Shown: one piece after another, positions 51,699 to 61,056 of the stretch
Numbering within the stretch: the stretch's first letter is position 1
Layout of the letters: each line of letters begins with the position of its first letter
From: Poseidonia sp.
GTDB lineage: Archaea; Thermoplasmatota; Poseidoniia; Poseidoniales; Poseidoniaceae
Length of the DNA: 64,000 bases
Reading direction: 5' to 3'
NCBI GenBank assembly: GCA_049627345.1
Contig: JBMZXF010000005.1
Location: forward strand, 2,514 to 66,513
Notes under the pieces: generated by a model
What the model was told of the DNA's origin: nothing
Databases searched by the model: none
Seen by the model: only the letters and a program-made list of their open reading frames with translations
Program-made: the position numbers and the translations under genes

Positions 51699-52298
51699 AT
51701 GGGCGTTCACGACACTGTTCGCGGGCATGAGCGTTGGTCAAGGCTGGCCGAATTGGTGCACGACTTGGCCTTTCTTGACGGCGGGCACGATGCAGCGTTC
51801 ACCCTTGCCAGTGGACGAGAGTCTCGCTGGTTCTTCGACACCAAACCCGTGATGATGCACCCCGAAGCCGCCGGCATCATGGGCGAGTTGCTCAACCTGC
51901 GCATCCAAGCCATGGGCGCTTCCCTCGTCGGGGGGCTTGAATTGGGCGCTGTGCCCCTCACCGCCATTGTGGTGGCCTCGCCTCACGCACCCAGCGCGCT
52001 CCGCGGCTTCATGGTGAGGAAGAACCCCAAGGGCCGAGGCGGTAGGAAAACCAACAACCCCCCCGGCATTGAGGGAACCTCATTGGAAGCGGGCGGCAAC
52101 GTGGTCATCGTTGAGGACGTGACCACCACCGGTGGGTCGTCGATTCTCGCCGTTGAGCGTATTCATCAGGACACTTCGTGCCGAGTCGTCGGCGTCATCA
52201 GCATTCTCGACCGTGAAGAGGGGGCAGAAGCAGCGTTTGCCGAGGCGGGCATTCCCTTCGAGTCCCTCTTGACGCGGTCCGACATCGTGGCGTTGTGA
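51699..52298 (+). CDS. pyrE: Orotate phosphoribosyltransferase
   Basis: ATG at 51699, preceded by AAGGAGG. FTLASGRESRWFFD and the PRPP loop VVIVEDVTTTGGS. Confidence 0.9.
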   Translation: MGVHDTVRGHERWSRLAELVHDLAFLDGGHDAAFTLASGRESRWFFDTKPVMMHPEAAGIMGELLNLRIQAMGASLVGGLELGAVPLTAIVVASPHAPSALRGFMVRKNPKGRGGRKTNNPPGIEGTSLEAGGNVVIVEDVTTTGGSSILAVERIHQDTSCRVVGVISILDREEGAEAAFAEAGIPFESLLTRSDIVAL

Positions 52299-52307
52299 GG
52301 TGGTCCG

Positions 52308-53600
52308 TTGCACCGGAGCCTGACCCCAAGCCAAACCACCACCGAAGGGTTGGTTGAACGGGCGCAGGACACCACGGCCCCGGAGGGGTTGGTGTTCTAT
52401 CACGCCAACGAAGGGCGTCCGTTGGCCACCCCCTGGCAGGTCGCTGCGCTGCGTGCGGGGATGGTCGGCCGTCACACCCTGCCAGAGGGCTGGGTGCTCG
52501 ACTGCGCCTGTGGAAGTGGCATCCAGTTGGCAGCCTACGCCACGGCCCTCAAGCGGCCCGTGCTGGGCGTCGAGTTGGCGGAAGAACGCGCAAAGGCCAG
52601 CGCCGTGAACGTCCGTTCGCTGGTTGAGCACAGCCGCGCAAGCGACGAGGGTTGGTACCGTTCCAGCCGCATCATCAACGGGGACGGAACCGACGCCGTG
52701 GGCGTCCTGAAATCATTGGATGAGCCGTGGACCACCGTGGCGTTCCTCCATCTCGACCCGGCACGGCCAAGAAACAGTCGGACGCATGCGCTCGAGGAAA
52801 TGCAGCCCCCGTTGCACCGTGTGCTGACCGCATGGGCGCCGCACTTTACCCCGTCCGAAGCGGGGCCGGCGGTTCTGCTCGACCTCTCCCCCCGCCTGAC
52901 CGCTGCGCAGCGGGCACAAGTCGAAGCCATCGTGGACGAGACATGGCCGGGCATCGCCAGAACTTGGGAGTGGACCTCTCGAGGCCGGGGGCGTGTGGAC
53001 CGGTTGGCGTTGTGGCTGGGTGGTGTAGCCGATCCGAACGCCTCGCGCCGCTTCGTTCGCGTCCCTCCATCGATGGCGGACCAGCCGGTCATCCTCCGTG
53101 CAACCACCAACACCGTTGAACTCGAAGAACGCCATCATCCGCCGAAGCGAAACGAGCATGTCAGCATCCTTGACGCTGCCCTGTTGGAGAGCGGTTTGAT
53201 GGTCGACTGGCTGCAACGCGTCGCACCAAACGATGAGGGGCGTTGGGCCACGCTTGAAGGACGGCGGCCTCAACTCCATCACGAACGCCCGCTCCAACTT
53301 CAACCAGGCGACCAACGCCTCGTTCAGGCCACCGGGAGGGTGGTCGAACTTCTCTCGTTCACGCTTGACGAGACGACGGTTGACCAATTGGTGGCCGTCG
53401 CATTGGACCATCGCTTGTCCTCCGTCAAACTCCGCTTTGATTTGGACCCGGCCCTGCAGCCGAAACTTCAGGGTTCACTCGACCGACAACTCAAGCGAAG
53501 GCACGGCGACCGAGTCGGATTTGTCGCCCGCCACCCCCACGGCGAGGTGCTCTTGCTCTGCGTTTCTCCCAACACGTCGGATGAACCTGCCGTGATTTGA
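52308..53600 (+). CDS. Class I SAM-dependent methyltransferase with C-terminal extension
   Basis: VLDCACGSGIQLAAYA (motif I), VLGVELAEERA, INGDGTD, AFLHLDPARP. TTG start. It resembles the bacterial family with a THUMP-like C-terminal domain (from memory). Confidence 0.7.
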   Translation: MHRSLTPSQTTTEGLVERAQDTTAPEGLVFYHANEGRPLATPWQVAALRAGMVGRHTLPEGWVLDCACGSGIQLAAYATALKRPVLGVELAEERAKASAVNVRSLVEHSRASDEGWYRSSRIINGDGTDAVGVLKSLDEPWTTVAFLHLDPARPRNSRTHALEEMQPPLHRVLTAWAPHFTPSEAGPAVLLDLSPRLTAAQRAQVEAIVDETWPGIARTWEWTSRGRGRVDRLALWLGGVADPNASRRFVRVPPSMADQPVILRATTNTVELEERHHPPKRNEHVSILDAALLESGLMVDWLQRVAPNDEGRWATLEGRRPQLHHERPLQLQPGDQRLVQATGRVVELLSFTLDETTVDQLVAVALDHRLSSVKLRFDLDPALQPKLQGSLDRQLKRRHGDRVGFVARHPHGEVLLLCVSPNTSDEPAVI

Positions 53601-53708
53601 GGGCTTTTCGCGGCTCAGTGGCGCGGATTTCATCATCGCGGTCTTGATATATGGGAGGTTGGTCGGAGGGATGCTTGACACTGTGGTGTTAACGTTGAGG
53701 TGAACGAT

Positions 53709-54176
53709 ATGGCACGACCTAAGGATGAGGACCTTGGTGATGACTTTTCTTACATTCTGCGAATGGCAGATACGGACATGGATGGCTTGAAGCCGCTGGC
53801 GACCGCCCTGACCTCGGTCAAGGGTGTCGGTGCCCGCACCGCCATTCAAATCTGCAAAAACACCGGGTTTGACCCCTACGCCCTCGCCGGTTTCCTCGAC
53901 ACCGACCAGCAAGAGCAACTTCGTGTGGCCATCGAGTCCTACGCCGAGAGCGTCCCCCTCTGGATGCTCAACCGACAGCGAGACCTCGAGACGGGCAACG
54001 AAATCCACCTCACTGGACAACAAGTCCGATTCACCCTTCAAGACGACATCAACCGCCTTCGAACCATGAAGTGCTACCGTGGTGTTCGGCACGCCTCCGG
54101 CAACAAGGTCCGTGGTCAACGCGGTCGCTCCAATGGCCGTGGTGGCCTGACCCTCGGTGTCAGCCGAAAGAAGTGA
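53709..54176 (+). CDS. rps13: 30S ribosomal protein S13 (uS13)
   Basis: ATG at 53709 with GAGGTG upstream. ILRMADTDMDGLKPLATALTSVKGVGARTAIQICKNTGFDP...YRGVRHASGNKVRGQR. Confidence 0.9.
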   Translation: MARPKDEDLGDDFSYILRMADTDMDGLKPLATALTSVKGVGARTAIQICKNTGFDPYALAGFLDTDQQEQLRVAIESYAESVPLWMLNRQRDLETGNEIHLTGQQVRFTLQDDINRLRTMKCYRGVRHASGNKVRGQRGRSNGRGGLTLGVSRKK

Positions 54177-54191
54177 TGAGGAGGAATCAAC

Positions 54192-54842
54192 ATGGGAGAG
54201 CCAAAGTTTTCACGACCCAAGTACGACACGCCTTCGCACCCTTGGAAGGCTGACCGAATTGAAGAAGAGCACGCCATCCAAGGCAACCACGGTCTCAAGA
54301 ACATGAAGGAGATTTGGAAGGCCAAGTCCCAACTTCGACGACACCGACGTCAAGCCATGCGCCTGATCGGGAACGTCGACACCACCGAAGGCCACGGCAA
54401 GCGAGAGCGGGAAGACTTGCTTCGCTCCCTTCACCACAAGGGCCTCATCGAATCCGATGCTGAACTCGGCGATATTCTCTCGCTCAGCACGGAGGACGTG
54501 CTGAACCGTCGCCTCCAGGCTCAAGTGTACTACAAGGGCCTGGCCTGCACCATGAAGCAAGCCCGCCAACTTGTCACGCACGGCCAGATTTGCATCGGCG
54601 ACCAGAAGATCACCATTCCATCCTATGCCGTGAGCCGGGACGAAGAAGGCGAGCTCCGCTATCACCCCGCTTCCCCGCTCAACGACCCGAACCACCCCAT
54701 TCGAAAGGCCATTGAAGGCGTTCGTGAAGCCGCCAACTACGAAGACGAAGACGTCAGCCCCGAAGCCACGGCCGAGTTCGCTGAAGAGGTTCGAGAGGCT
54801 GCAGAAGCCTCCACGGAAGCCATTGAAGGAGGCGATGAATGA
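54192..54842 (+). CDS. rps4: 30S ribosomal protein S4 (uS4) with acidic C-terminal tail
   Basis: [25 protein letters not shown], and an S4 RNA-binding domain [41 protein letters not shown] lies upstream. Confidence 0.9.
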   Translation: [216 protein letters not shown]

Positions 54843-55225
54843 TGTCCCGCAAAGCCATTGTCAACATCTTTAGCTCGTACAACAACATCCTCATGACGGC
54901 CACCGATTTGACCGGTGCCGAGACCATCACCACCTGCAACGGCGGTGAAGTCGTGAAGGCTGGCAAGGACAAGGGCGGCCAATTTGCTGCTACTCGCTCT
55001 GCTGAGCGCATGGCTGACGCACTGAAGGACAAGGAGTTCACCGAACTCATCGTCAAGTACCGTGCTCCTGGCGGCAACCTCTCCAACAACACCGGCCCCG
55101 GCGCTCAGGCCGCCATCCGTGCATTGACCCGTGCGGGCATGACCATCACACGAATCGAAGACGTCACCCCCATCGCTCACGATGGTACCAAGAAAAAGGG
55201 TGGCCGACGTGGCCGCCGTGTCTGA
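54839..55225 (+). CDS. rps11: 30S ribosomal protein S11 (uS11)
   Basis: IVNIFSSYNNILMTATDLTG...GPGAQAAIRALTRAGMTITRIEDVTPIAHDGTKKKGGRRGRR. The ATG overlaps the S4 stop (ATGA). Confidence 0.95.
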   Translation: MMSRKAIVNIFSSYNNILMTATDLTGAETITTCNGGEVVKAGKDKGGQFAATRSAERMADALKDKEFTELIVKYRAPGGNLSNNTGPGAQAAIRALTRAGMTITRIEDVTPIAHDGTKKKGGRRGRRV

Positions 55226-55243
55226 TGAAGGAGTTGAACACAC

Positions 55244-56176
55244 ATGAAGACCGAGATTGTTGAAGGCTGGCCTCAAGGCCACGAGATTCGAATCCTCATC
55301 AGCGAGACCGACGCTTCCCAGGTCAACGCCATCCGTCGTGCGCTCATCGCCGATGTCCCCAAACTCGCCATCACCCGCGTGGATTTCTCGCAAGGTGTAA
55401 CCCAAGACAACAAGGGCGAAGTCGTGGAGTCCGTCAACGTGCTTCCCGATGAAGTGCTCGCTCACCGCTTGGCCATGATCCCCATTCCCACCAACCTCAA
55501 CGAGGGTTTGGTCTTCCCCAACGAGTGTGCCAACTGCCAAGACGTCGTTGAGAAGGACAAGGGCTGCCCCATGTGCCAGGTGCTCTACACGCTTTCTGCT
55601 CGCGGCCCATCCGCCGACGCTGAAGAGGAGTACAAGACCGTCTACGCCGGCGACATCACCACCATCTCCGACCCCGTCTTTGACATCCGAGACGAGCACA
55701 AGCAAATCCCACTGACCGTCCTGTCCAAGGGGCAATTCCTGGAATTCTACGCTTTTGCTGTGCTCGGTCGAGGCCGAGACCACGCCAAGTGGTCCCCTGT
55801 GGCTGCTGTTGGTTTCCGCCCGCACCGCGTGGCCGTCCTCAACAAACCCAAGAAGGCCAGCGTGCTGTTTGACCTCGGCTTGACCACCTCGGACGGTACG
55901 GCCATCGACGCCAAGCTCTTCGGCAAGGACAAGAAATTGAACGACATCAACCACGTGATGGACCTTGAGAAGGCCCTTCACCAAGTGGGCGAAGGCACCG
56001 GCCGAGAGGAAGCCTTTGACGACGCCATTACCCTCGAGCCTGTTGAAGGCGCCTACGTGTTCTCCTACGAAACCGACGGCAGCCTTGACCCGGTCACGGC
56101 CTTCAACATGGCCCTTGACGAACTCAAGAACCGGTTCGACAACCTGAGCGAAGACTTGGCCTCCGCTTTGGCTTGA
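55244..56176 (+). CDS. rpoD: DNA-directed RNA polymerase subunit D (Rpo3)
   Basis: VNAIRRALIADVPKLAI...VLPDEVLAHRLAMIPI, a Cys cluster CANCQ...CPMCQ, and the canonical position after S13-S4-S11. Confidence 0.9.
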   Translation: MKTEIVEGWPQGHEIRILISETDASQVNAIRRALIADVPKLAITRVDFSQGVTQDNKGEVVESVNVLPDEVLAHRLAMIPIPTNLNEGLVFPNECANCQDVVEKDKGCPMCQVLYTLSARGPSADAEEEYKTVYAGDITTISDPVFDIRDEHKQIPLTVLSKGQFLEFYAFAVLGRGRDHAKWSPVAAVGFRPHRVAVLNKPKKASVLFDLGLTTSDGTAIDAKLFGKDKKLNDINHVMDLEKALHQVGEGTGREEAFDDAITLEPVEGAYVFSYETDGSLDPVTAFNMALDELKNRFDNLSEDLASALA

Positions 56177-56219
56177 ACCGGCGCGGGATTCATCAGCCGA
56201 TGCCCCTTCGCTTGGAAGG

Positions 56220-57251
56220 ATGACCACCGTTACGCAGCGCTGCGGTGGCCACATCACCCTTCTGTTTACGGTTGACAAATCAACCACCCTGAAACGAAGT
56301 CAAGGCAGCAAGGGTGCGGGGTTTTCCATTCATCATGGCGTGGAAATCACAGGAACCCTCCATCGCAAGAACACCTCCGATGCTGAACCCATGGCGGGGG
56401 AAACGCCTGACCTTCGGGTGAAACCACACGCACCGGAGCCCTCCACCGTGACGGTGAAGGACATGCACGGTGAACACCTTGAACGCGTGGATCTGTACCT
56501 GGATTTCATTGAGGCATGTTATGATGCCACGCTCCTGCGCTCAAACGAACACATCAACATGGAGGTCACCCTTGAGTGCCCGACCAGTCAAGGGTTTGGC
56601 ATGTCGGCCGCCGGCCTCATCGCCGCCGGTCGAGTGATTCACGCCCTCACAGGACGGGGGCGGGCCACGCAATACCTGAAAATCGCGCATCGCATTGAGC
56701 GAGCCCACGGAGCTGGACTCGGCGACGTGCTCGGAGCCTCCGTCGGGGGGGTCGAACTGAGGTTAGCACCTGGTGCACCCGGTTGGCCCGGACACGCCAA
56801 CTCCTTCGAAGCCAACGTACCGGTTCTGCTGGCATGGGACCCGCTCGAAGAGCGACACACGTCCACCTACATCGATGACCCAGCGTGGCAACGGTCCATC
56901 ACCATCGCAGGCGGGGCCGGTGTATCCGCGCTCGCCGCCGGGCCGTGGACACCCGAGCGTTGGGGCGATCTTCTGCTGGCATCGAGAACGTTTGCCACCG
57001 CCTCTGGCATGTTGGAGGAAGAGGAGCGAGCGCGAATTCGCCGTCATGCCCTTGAAGCGGTGCAGGACGGGGGCTGGCAGGCTTCAATGGCGGTCCGTCT
57101 TTGCATGCTCGGCAGTTCGGTGGCTGTGCTCCCCCGCTCGTTGGACGACGGCATCAGCATGGAGGCGTTGGAAGACCTTGCTGAACGCATTCGCCAACGG
57201 GGATTTGCCTGTCTCATCACGAACATTTCGCCGGTCAGTCATCTGGATTGA
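56220..57251 (+). CDS. Pantoate kinase (archaeal CoA pathway, GHMP-kinase fold)
   Basis: CGGHITLLFTV...SQGSKGAGFSIHHGVEI, ECPTSQGFGMSAAGLIAAG (GHMP motif), AHRIERAHGAGLGDVLGASVGGVELRLAPGAPG. Confidence 0.75.
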   Translation: MTTVTQRCGGHITLLFTVDKSTTLKRSQGSKGAGFSIHHGVEITGTLHRKNTSDAEPMAGETPDLRVKPHAPEPSTVTVKDMHGEHLERVDLYLDFIEACYDATLLRSNEHINMEVTLECPTSQGFGMSAAGLIAAGRVIHALTGRGRATQYLKIAHRIERAHGAGLGDVLGASVGGVELRLAPGAPGWPGHANSFEANVPVLLAWDPLEERHTSTYIDDPAWQRSITIAGGAGVSALAAGPWTPERWGDLLLASRTFATASGMLEEEERARIRRHALEAVQDGGWQASMAVRLCMLGSSVAVLPRSLDDGISMEALEDLAERIRQRGFACLITNISPVSHLD

Positions 57252-58281
57252 GCCGGGAGAGGTCGATCGGGCTTGCATCGAGCATGAGCACACCGGGCAA
57301 GAAGAGGTTCTCAGAGAACCCGTGGCGGAACATGATGGCGCCGCTGCCCCATTCCTCGATGTAGCGGTTCATCTGTTTCTTCATCTTCTTTCGCTGGAAC
57401 TCGACGTCCGCCCCGTAGAAGTGTTTGGCGTCGATCCAAGCCACGGGCTGACCGTTGATGTAGACGTGATCCAAAAACAGCAGATCGGGCGTTCGTACGG
57501 GGCGACCGAGCAGTTCGGACTGTTCCTTGACCATCTCGGGCTGACGGCGCAGACGAATTCCCTGCGCTTCAAACCAATCGGCAAGGATGTCCTCAAACAG
57601 GTCGGCTTTGACCTGGGTCTCGGACTGGTCAACGCTTGAGACGCGGTCCACGGCTTCGGCCGCTTCGAATTCCTCTCGCTCTCGCTGCTTCATGGACGAG
57701 GGGGTTCGCAAACTTTCCTTGATGCGCTTCTTCGACCATCCCATCGCTTCGAGAACGACACGGAAAATGTTGACCGGTGGGAAATCATACTTCTTGGAAA
57801 GTTCGACCACCGAGGTTCCCTCTCGGTAGAGCCGGGCAAGCTCGCGGGCCTTTGATTTCAGCCGGTGGTGAGAATACACCGTCTTCTGCTGGAGAAGCGC
57901 GGACCGGAGGGAGAGGGCTTGGTCGAGGTTCATTTGCTCGGATTCAACCTGTGCGGCAATGGCGTCAACCCGCTCATCGCTGAGCCAGCCAAAATCACCG
58001 CGCTTGACCACCAGCGATGCGACGCGCTCCTCGGCCTTCAACGGCACCGGTTGGGGCGTCCACGAGAGGTGAAACGTGCGAGGCGATTCCATGTCCTTGG
58101 GAAACGCCATCGGGAGCGGGGTCCGGTCAAACCGCGATTCAGCATCGGCGTTCATCGAGGCAACGTCGTCTGCAAATCGCTCCATTTGTTGCGAGCGCTT
58201 CGGTCCGCCATAGCGGCGTTTGGACGATGAGCCACGCCGTTGTTGTTGCCGACGATTCGGCCGCCGTGAACCCTCACCCAT
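57235..58281 (-). CDS. CDIN1/C15orf41-like 'TPD-motif' PD-(D/E)XK nuclease with N-terminal HTH region
   Basis: ATG at 58281; the track extension to 58719 overlaps the neighbouring gene start and looks non-coding. HTH-like LARLYREGTSVVELSKKYDFPPVNIFRVVL. Nuclease core GRPVRTPDLLFLDHVYINGQPVAWIDAKHFYGADVEF...YIEEWGSGAIMFRHGFSENL. Confidence 0.75.
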   Translation of the reverse strand: MGEGSRRPNRRQQQRRGSSSKRRYGGPKRSQQMERFADDVASMNADAESRFDRTPLPMAFPKDMESPRTFHLSWTPQPVPLKAEERVASLVVKRGDFGWLSDERVDAIAAQVESEQMNLDQALSLRSALLQQKTVYSHHRLKSKARELARLYREGTSVVELSKKYDFPPVNIFRVVLEAMGWSKKRIKESLRTPSSMKQREREEFEAAEAVDRVSSVDQSETQVKADLFEDILADWFEAQGIRLRRQPEMVKEQSELLGRPVRTPDLLFLDHVYINGQPVAWIDAKHFYGADVEFQRKKMKKQMNRYIEEWGSGAIMFRHGFSENLFLPGVLMLDASPIDLSRLNPDD

Positions 58282-58383
58282 GCATCCCCCTTTCTGACGA
58301 CACTCAATGAAGGCTCCCCCAAAGACGCGTTCACGGAAACACGAGGGGTTCTTATGCAGAGGCACCTTGGTTGATGTGTGAGA

Positions 58384-61056
58384 ATGAGTCGCATCGTGCC
58401 GTTCTTGCTCGTGAGCATGATGCTGCTCGCCCCGTTGTCCATCCCCGGCGGAAACGAAGGTGAGGCAACCCTGCGCCAGGTCACGTCCAGCCACACCTCG
58501 GCCGAAAACGCCAGTGGTTGGTTGGCCAGCGCAGGAGGCGCAAATTACGAGCGCGTCCAAGGCATGGTTCCCTTGCCCAACGGCAGCATGCTTGTGGGCG
58601 GCATGTTTGAACAAAACGTGGAATTCCACGGCGACGTGGTTGGTTTCTCGAGCGATGACTCCAGTTTTGGCATTGATTTTTTCTTGGCATGGATCGATGA
58701 AAACGGGAACTGGACTCAAACCGTCGCCGGTACAAGCGACGGACTTGACGGCATTGACGCCATGGACCGCATGAGCGACGGGACCATCATCGTCGCCGGC
58801 ACGTTCTGTGATATGACCAAGGGCGACGCCTGCAACATGACCCTGGGCGAACTCGCCCCCATCAACAAATCAGCTGACGAACACGAAAACGCCGTCTTCG
58901 TGGCTGGCATGACGTCCACGGGCGAGTGGATGTGGGCAACGAGCTTTTCCAATCCCTACCAGCTCTCCGTCATCGACATGATGGTCGGCCCAAACGACGA
59001 AATTCACCTCGCCCTCCTTCACCGAGATTCGCTGACCTCCGGTGGCGAGTTGGCACCTGGAAGCCTCTCCGAGGATTCCGTGGCCATCATCGTGCTGGAC
59101 AGCGTTGGAGAGCACCGCCACATGCATACGGTCTTCTCCAGCCAGAACCTCGAAAGCACAGGGTCGCTCTGCGCAGACTACAACGGTGAAACCTACTTTG
59201 CGACCTCGTTCCTCGAAATCGTCAGTTTTGGGGAAAATGAACTCACCAGCGAGGGAACCTCGCACGTCGCCGTGGCCAAATACAACTCGGGCGGATGGCT
59301 CTGGGCCGCCGGTGCCGGAGGAACGGGAGACTCCACAGCCACCGATTGCGATGGTCGCCATGAAGGTGGTGTGGCCGTCGTGGGTGATTTCCTCCAAAAC
59401 ATGACGTTTGGCGACATCGAACTCCCGCCCTCGGCATGGGTCGATTTCTACGAAGCCCATCTTTCACCCCAAGGTGAATGGATGCACGCCACCGCCTTCG
59501 GGGGCGGTGCAGCGGACCACGCCGTGGCGATTCATCTCACCGAACAAGGCGATTCGCTCATCTTGGGCAAAACCACAGGGACGCTCGTGCTGGGAGAGTA
59601 CACCCTCACCGATATCGACGGCAAAAACGACGGAAACCATCACGACCTCTTCCTCGGACGGCGACAAGCCAACAGCACGTGGGATTGGGCCATCTCAGCA
59701 GGCGGGCAAGGCGACGATCTCCCCGACACCCTCGCCATGAGTGCAACCGGTTCACCGGTCATCTCCTTCATCGCGAACAACGACGGCGCTTACGGAGCCC
59801 ATTCGTTTGAGCAGCGCGACAATTACGACATGGGCGTTTGGCTGTACGAGACCGACCTGGACCTCGACGGGGTGCTGGACGGGCTCGACAACTGTCCTGG
59901 TCTGGCCAACAACGACCAAGCCAACCTCGACGGCGACGCCTTCGGCGATGTTTGTGACGATGACGTCGATGGGGACAGTGTGCTGGACGTGGACGACGAT
60001 TGCCCGACGGGTGACGTCGGATGGGAAGCCAACACCATCTCCGACCATGACAGCGACGGGTGCCGAGACCTGACGGAAGATTTGGACGACGACGAGGATG
60101 GTATCTTCGACGAATACGACCTCTGTCCCAAGGGACCTGTTGGATGGGTTTCCACCGAGGAGAACGACATCGAGTCGGACGGGTGCTCGGATGAGGACAA
60201 CGACGAGGACGGCTTCGTTGACCAAGCGGATAATTGTCCGGCCGTGGCCAACCCGACCCAAGCCGACCTGGACAACGACGGCATCGGTGATGCTTGCGAC
60301 GCCGACAAAGACGGTGACGGCATCGCCGTTCCCGACGACAACTGCCCCAACGACATCCAGTCGTGGGTCTCCTTCTCTTGGAACGATTACGACAGCGACG
60401 GGTGCCTTGACGAAACCACGGACGAGGACGATGACGACGATTCGGTGTTGGACGTCAACGACGCCTGCCCCATGGGCGAAAAGAACTGGGGTGACAATGC
60501 CTCGGTGTACGACAACGACGGCGACGGGTGCCATGACGACCTCGAGGACGACGACGACGACCAAGACGGCATCAAGGACCCGATGGACCGGTGCCCTCGC
60601 GGCCTGATCGGCCCTGCTCAGCCCGGCCAAGACAACGACGGCGACGGATGCATCGATGCGGTTGAGGACGATGACGACGACCAAGACGGGGTGCTTGACC
60701 CGCTGGACCGCTGCCCGAACACCGACCCCGAGCAAACGGCTTCGCCGAACGGATGCAGTGAATATCAGCTGGACGACGACAACGACGGCGTGGTCAACGC
60801 TTACGACTTCTGTGGGAATTCACCGGTGGACGCTGTGGTTGACGAGCGCGGATGCGAAGCGACCGTTGTCAACCCTGCGGGCGAGAGCGACGACGGTGGC
60901 GTGAGTGCATCAACCCTCATTTTCCTGCTTGCTGGTGCCGTCATCGTGTACGCGATCTACACCAATGCACAACGACCTGGCCCCCCGCTGCCAAAGACCC
61001 AACCCGAATCCATCACGACCCCACCGCCCCGTCCTGCCATGGACGAAGAGGCTTGA
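58384..61056 (+). CDS. Secreted, membrane-anchored protein with beta-propeller-like N-terminal region and thrombospondin type-3-like Ca-binding repeats
   Basis: ATG at 58384 (GTG 58378 is an alternative). Signal peptide SRIVPFLLVSMMLLAPLSIP. Repeated G..D.G.A......DG...V.G.F blocks. More than 10 D-x-D-x-D-G-x-x-D-x-x-D-x-C repeats. TM LIFLLAGAVIVYAIY and a Pro-rich tail. Confidence 0.9.
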   Translation: MSRIVPFLLVSMMLLAPLSIPGGNEGEATLRQVTSSHTSAENASGWLASAGGANYERVQGMVPLPNGSMLVGGMFEQNVEFHGDVVGFSSDDSSFGIDFFLAWIDENGNWTQTVAGTSDGLDGIDAMDRMSDGTIIVAGTFCDMTKGDACNMTLGELAPINKSADEHENAVFVAGMTSTGEWMWATSFSNPYQLSVIDMMVGPNDEIHLALLHRDSLTSGGELAPGSLSEDSVAIIVLDSVGEHRHMHTVFSSQNLESTGSLCADYNGETYFATSFLEIVSFGENELTSEGTSHVAVAKYNSGGWLWAAGAGGTGDSTATDCDGRHEGGVAVVGDFLQNMTFGDIELPPSAWVDFYEAHLSPQGEWMHATAFGGGAADHAVAIHLTEQGDSLILGKTTGTLVLGEYTLTDIDGKNDGNHHDLFLGRRQANSTWDWAISAGGQGDDLPDTLAMSATGSPVISFIANNDGAYGAHSFEQRDNYDMGVWLYETDLDLDGVLDGLDNCPGLANNDQANLDGDAFGDVCDDDVDGDSVLDVDDDCPTGDVGWEANTISDHDSDGCRDLTEDLDDDEDGIFDEYDLCPKGPVGWVSTEENDIESDGCSDEDNDEDGFVDQADNCPAVANPTQADLDNDGIGDACDADKDGDGIAVPDDNCPNDIQSWVSFSWNDYDSDGCLDETTDEDDDDDSVLDVNDACPMGEKNWGDNASVYDNDGDGCHDDLEDDDDDQDGIKDPMDRCPRGLIGPAQPGQDNDGDGCIDAVEDDDDDQDGVLDPLDRCPNTDPEQTASPNGCSEYQLDDDNDGVVNAYDFCGNSPVDAVVDERGCEATVVNPAGESDDGGVSASTLIFLLAGAVIVYAIYTNAQRPGPPLPKTQPESITTPPPRPAMDEEA
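59854..60858 (+). repeat. Coding array of thrombospondin type-3-like (DxDxDGxxDxxDxC) repeats
   Basis: Examples: DLDGVLDGLDNCP, NLDGDAFGDVCD, DVDGDSVLDVDDDCP, DHDSDGCRD, DDDEDGIFDEYDLCP, DNDEDGFVDQADNCP, DLDNDGIGDACD, DKDGDGIAVPDDNCP, DYDSDGCLD, DNDGDGCHDD, DDDQDGIKDPMDRCP, DNDGDGCIDA, DDDQDGVLDPLDRCP, DDDNDGVVNAYDFC. Confidence 0.7.

Noticed and set aside
54737-56287. A 516-aa minus-strand ORF
   Set aside because: It is antisense to ribosomal protein S11 and RpoD in the conserved S13-S4-S11-RpoD block.
58282-58719. The 146-codon N-terminal extension of the CDIN1-like ORF in the track
   Set aside because: It overlaps the start and signal peptide of the divergent thrombospondin-repeat gene, and its composition looks non-coding. 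The ATG at 58281 gives a sensible basic N-terminus.
59752-60735. A 327-aa minus-strand ORF rich in V/H/A
   Set aside because: It is the reverse translation of the GAC-rich thrombospondin-type repeat array. It has no start context and no motifs.
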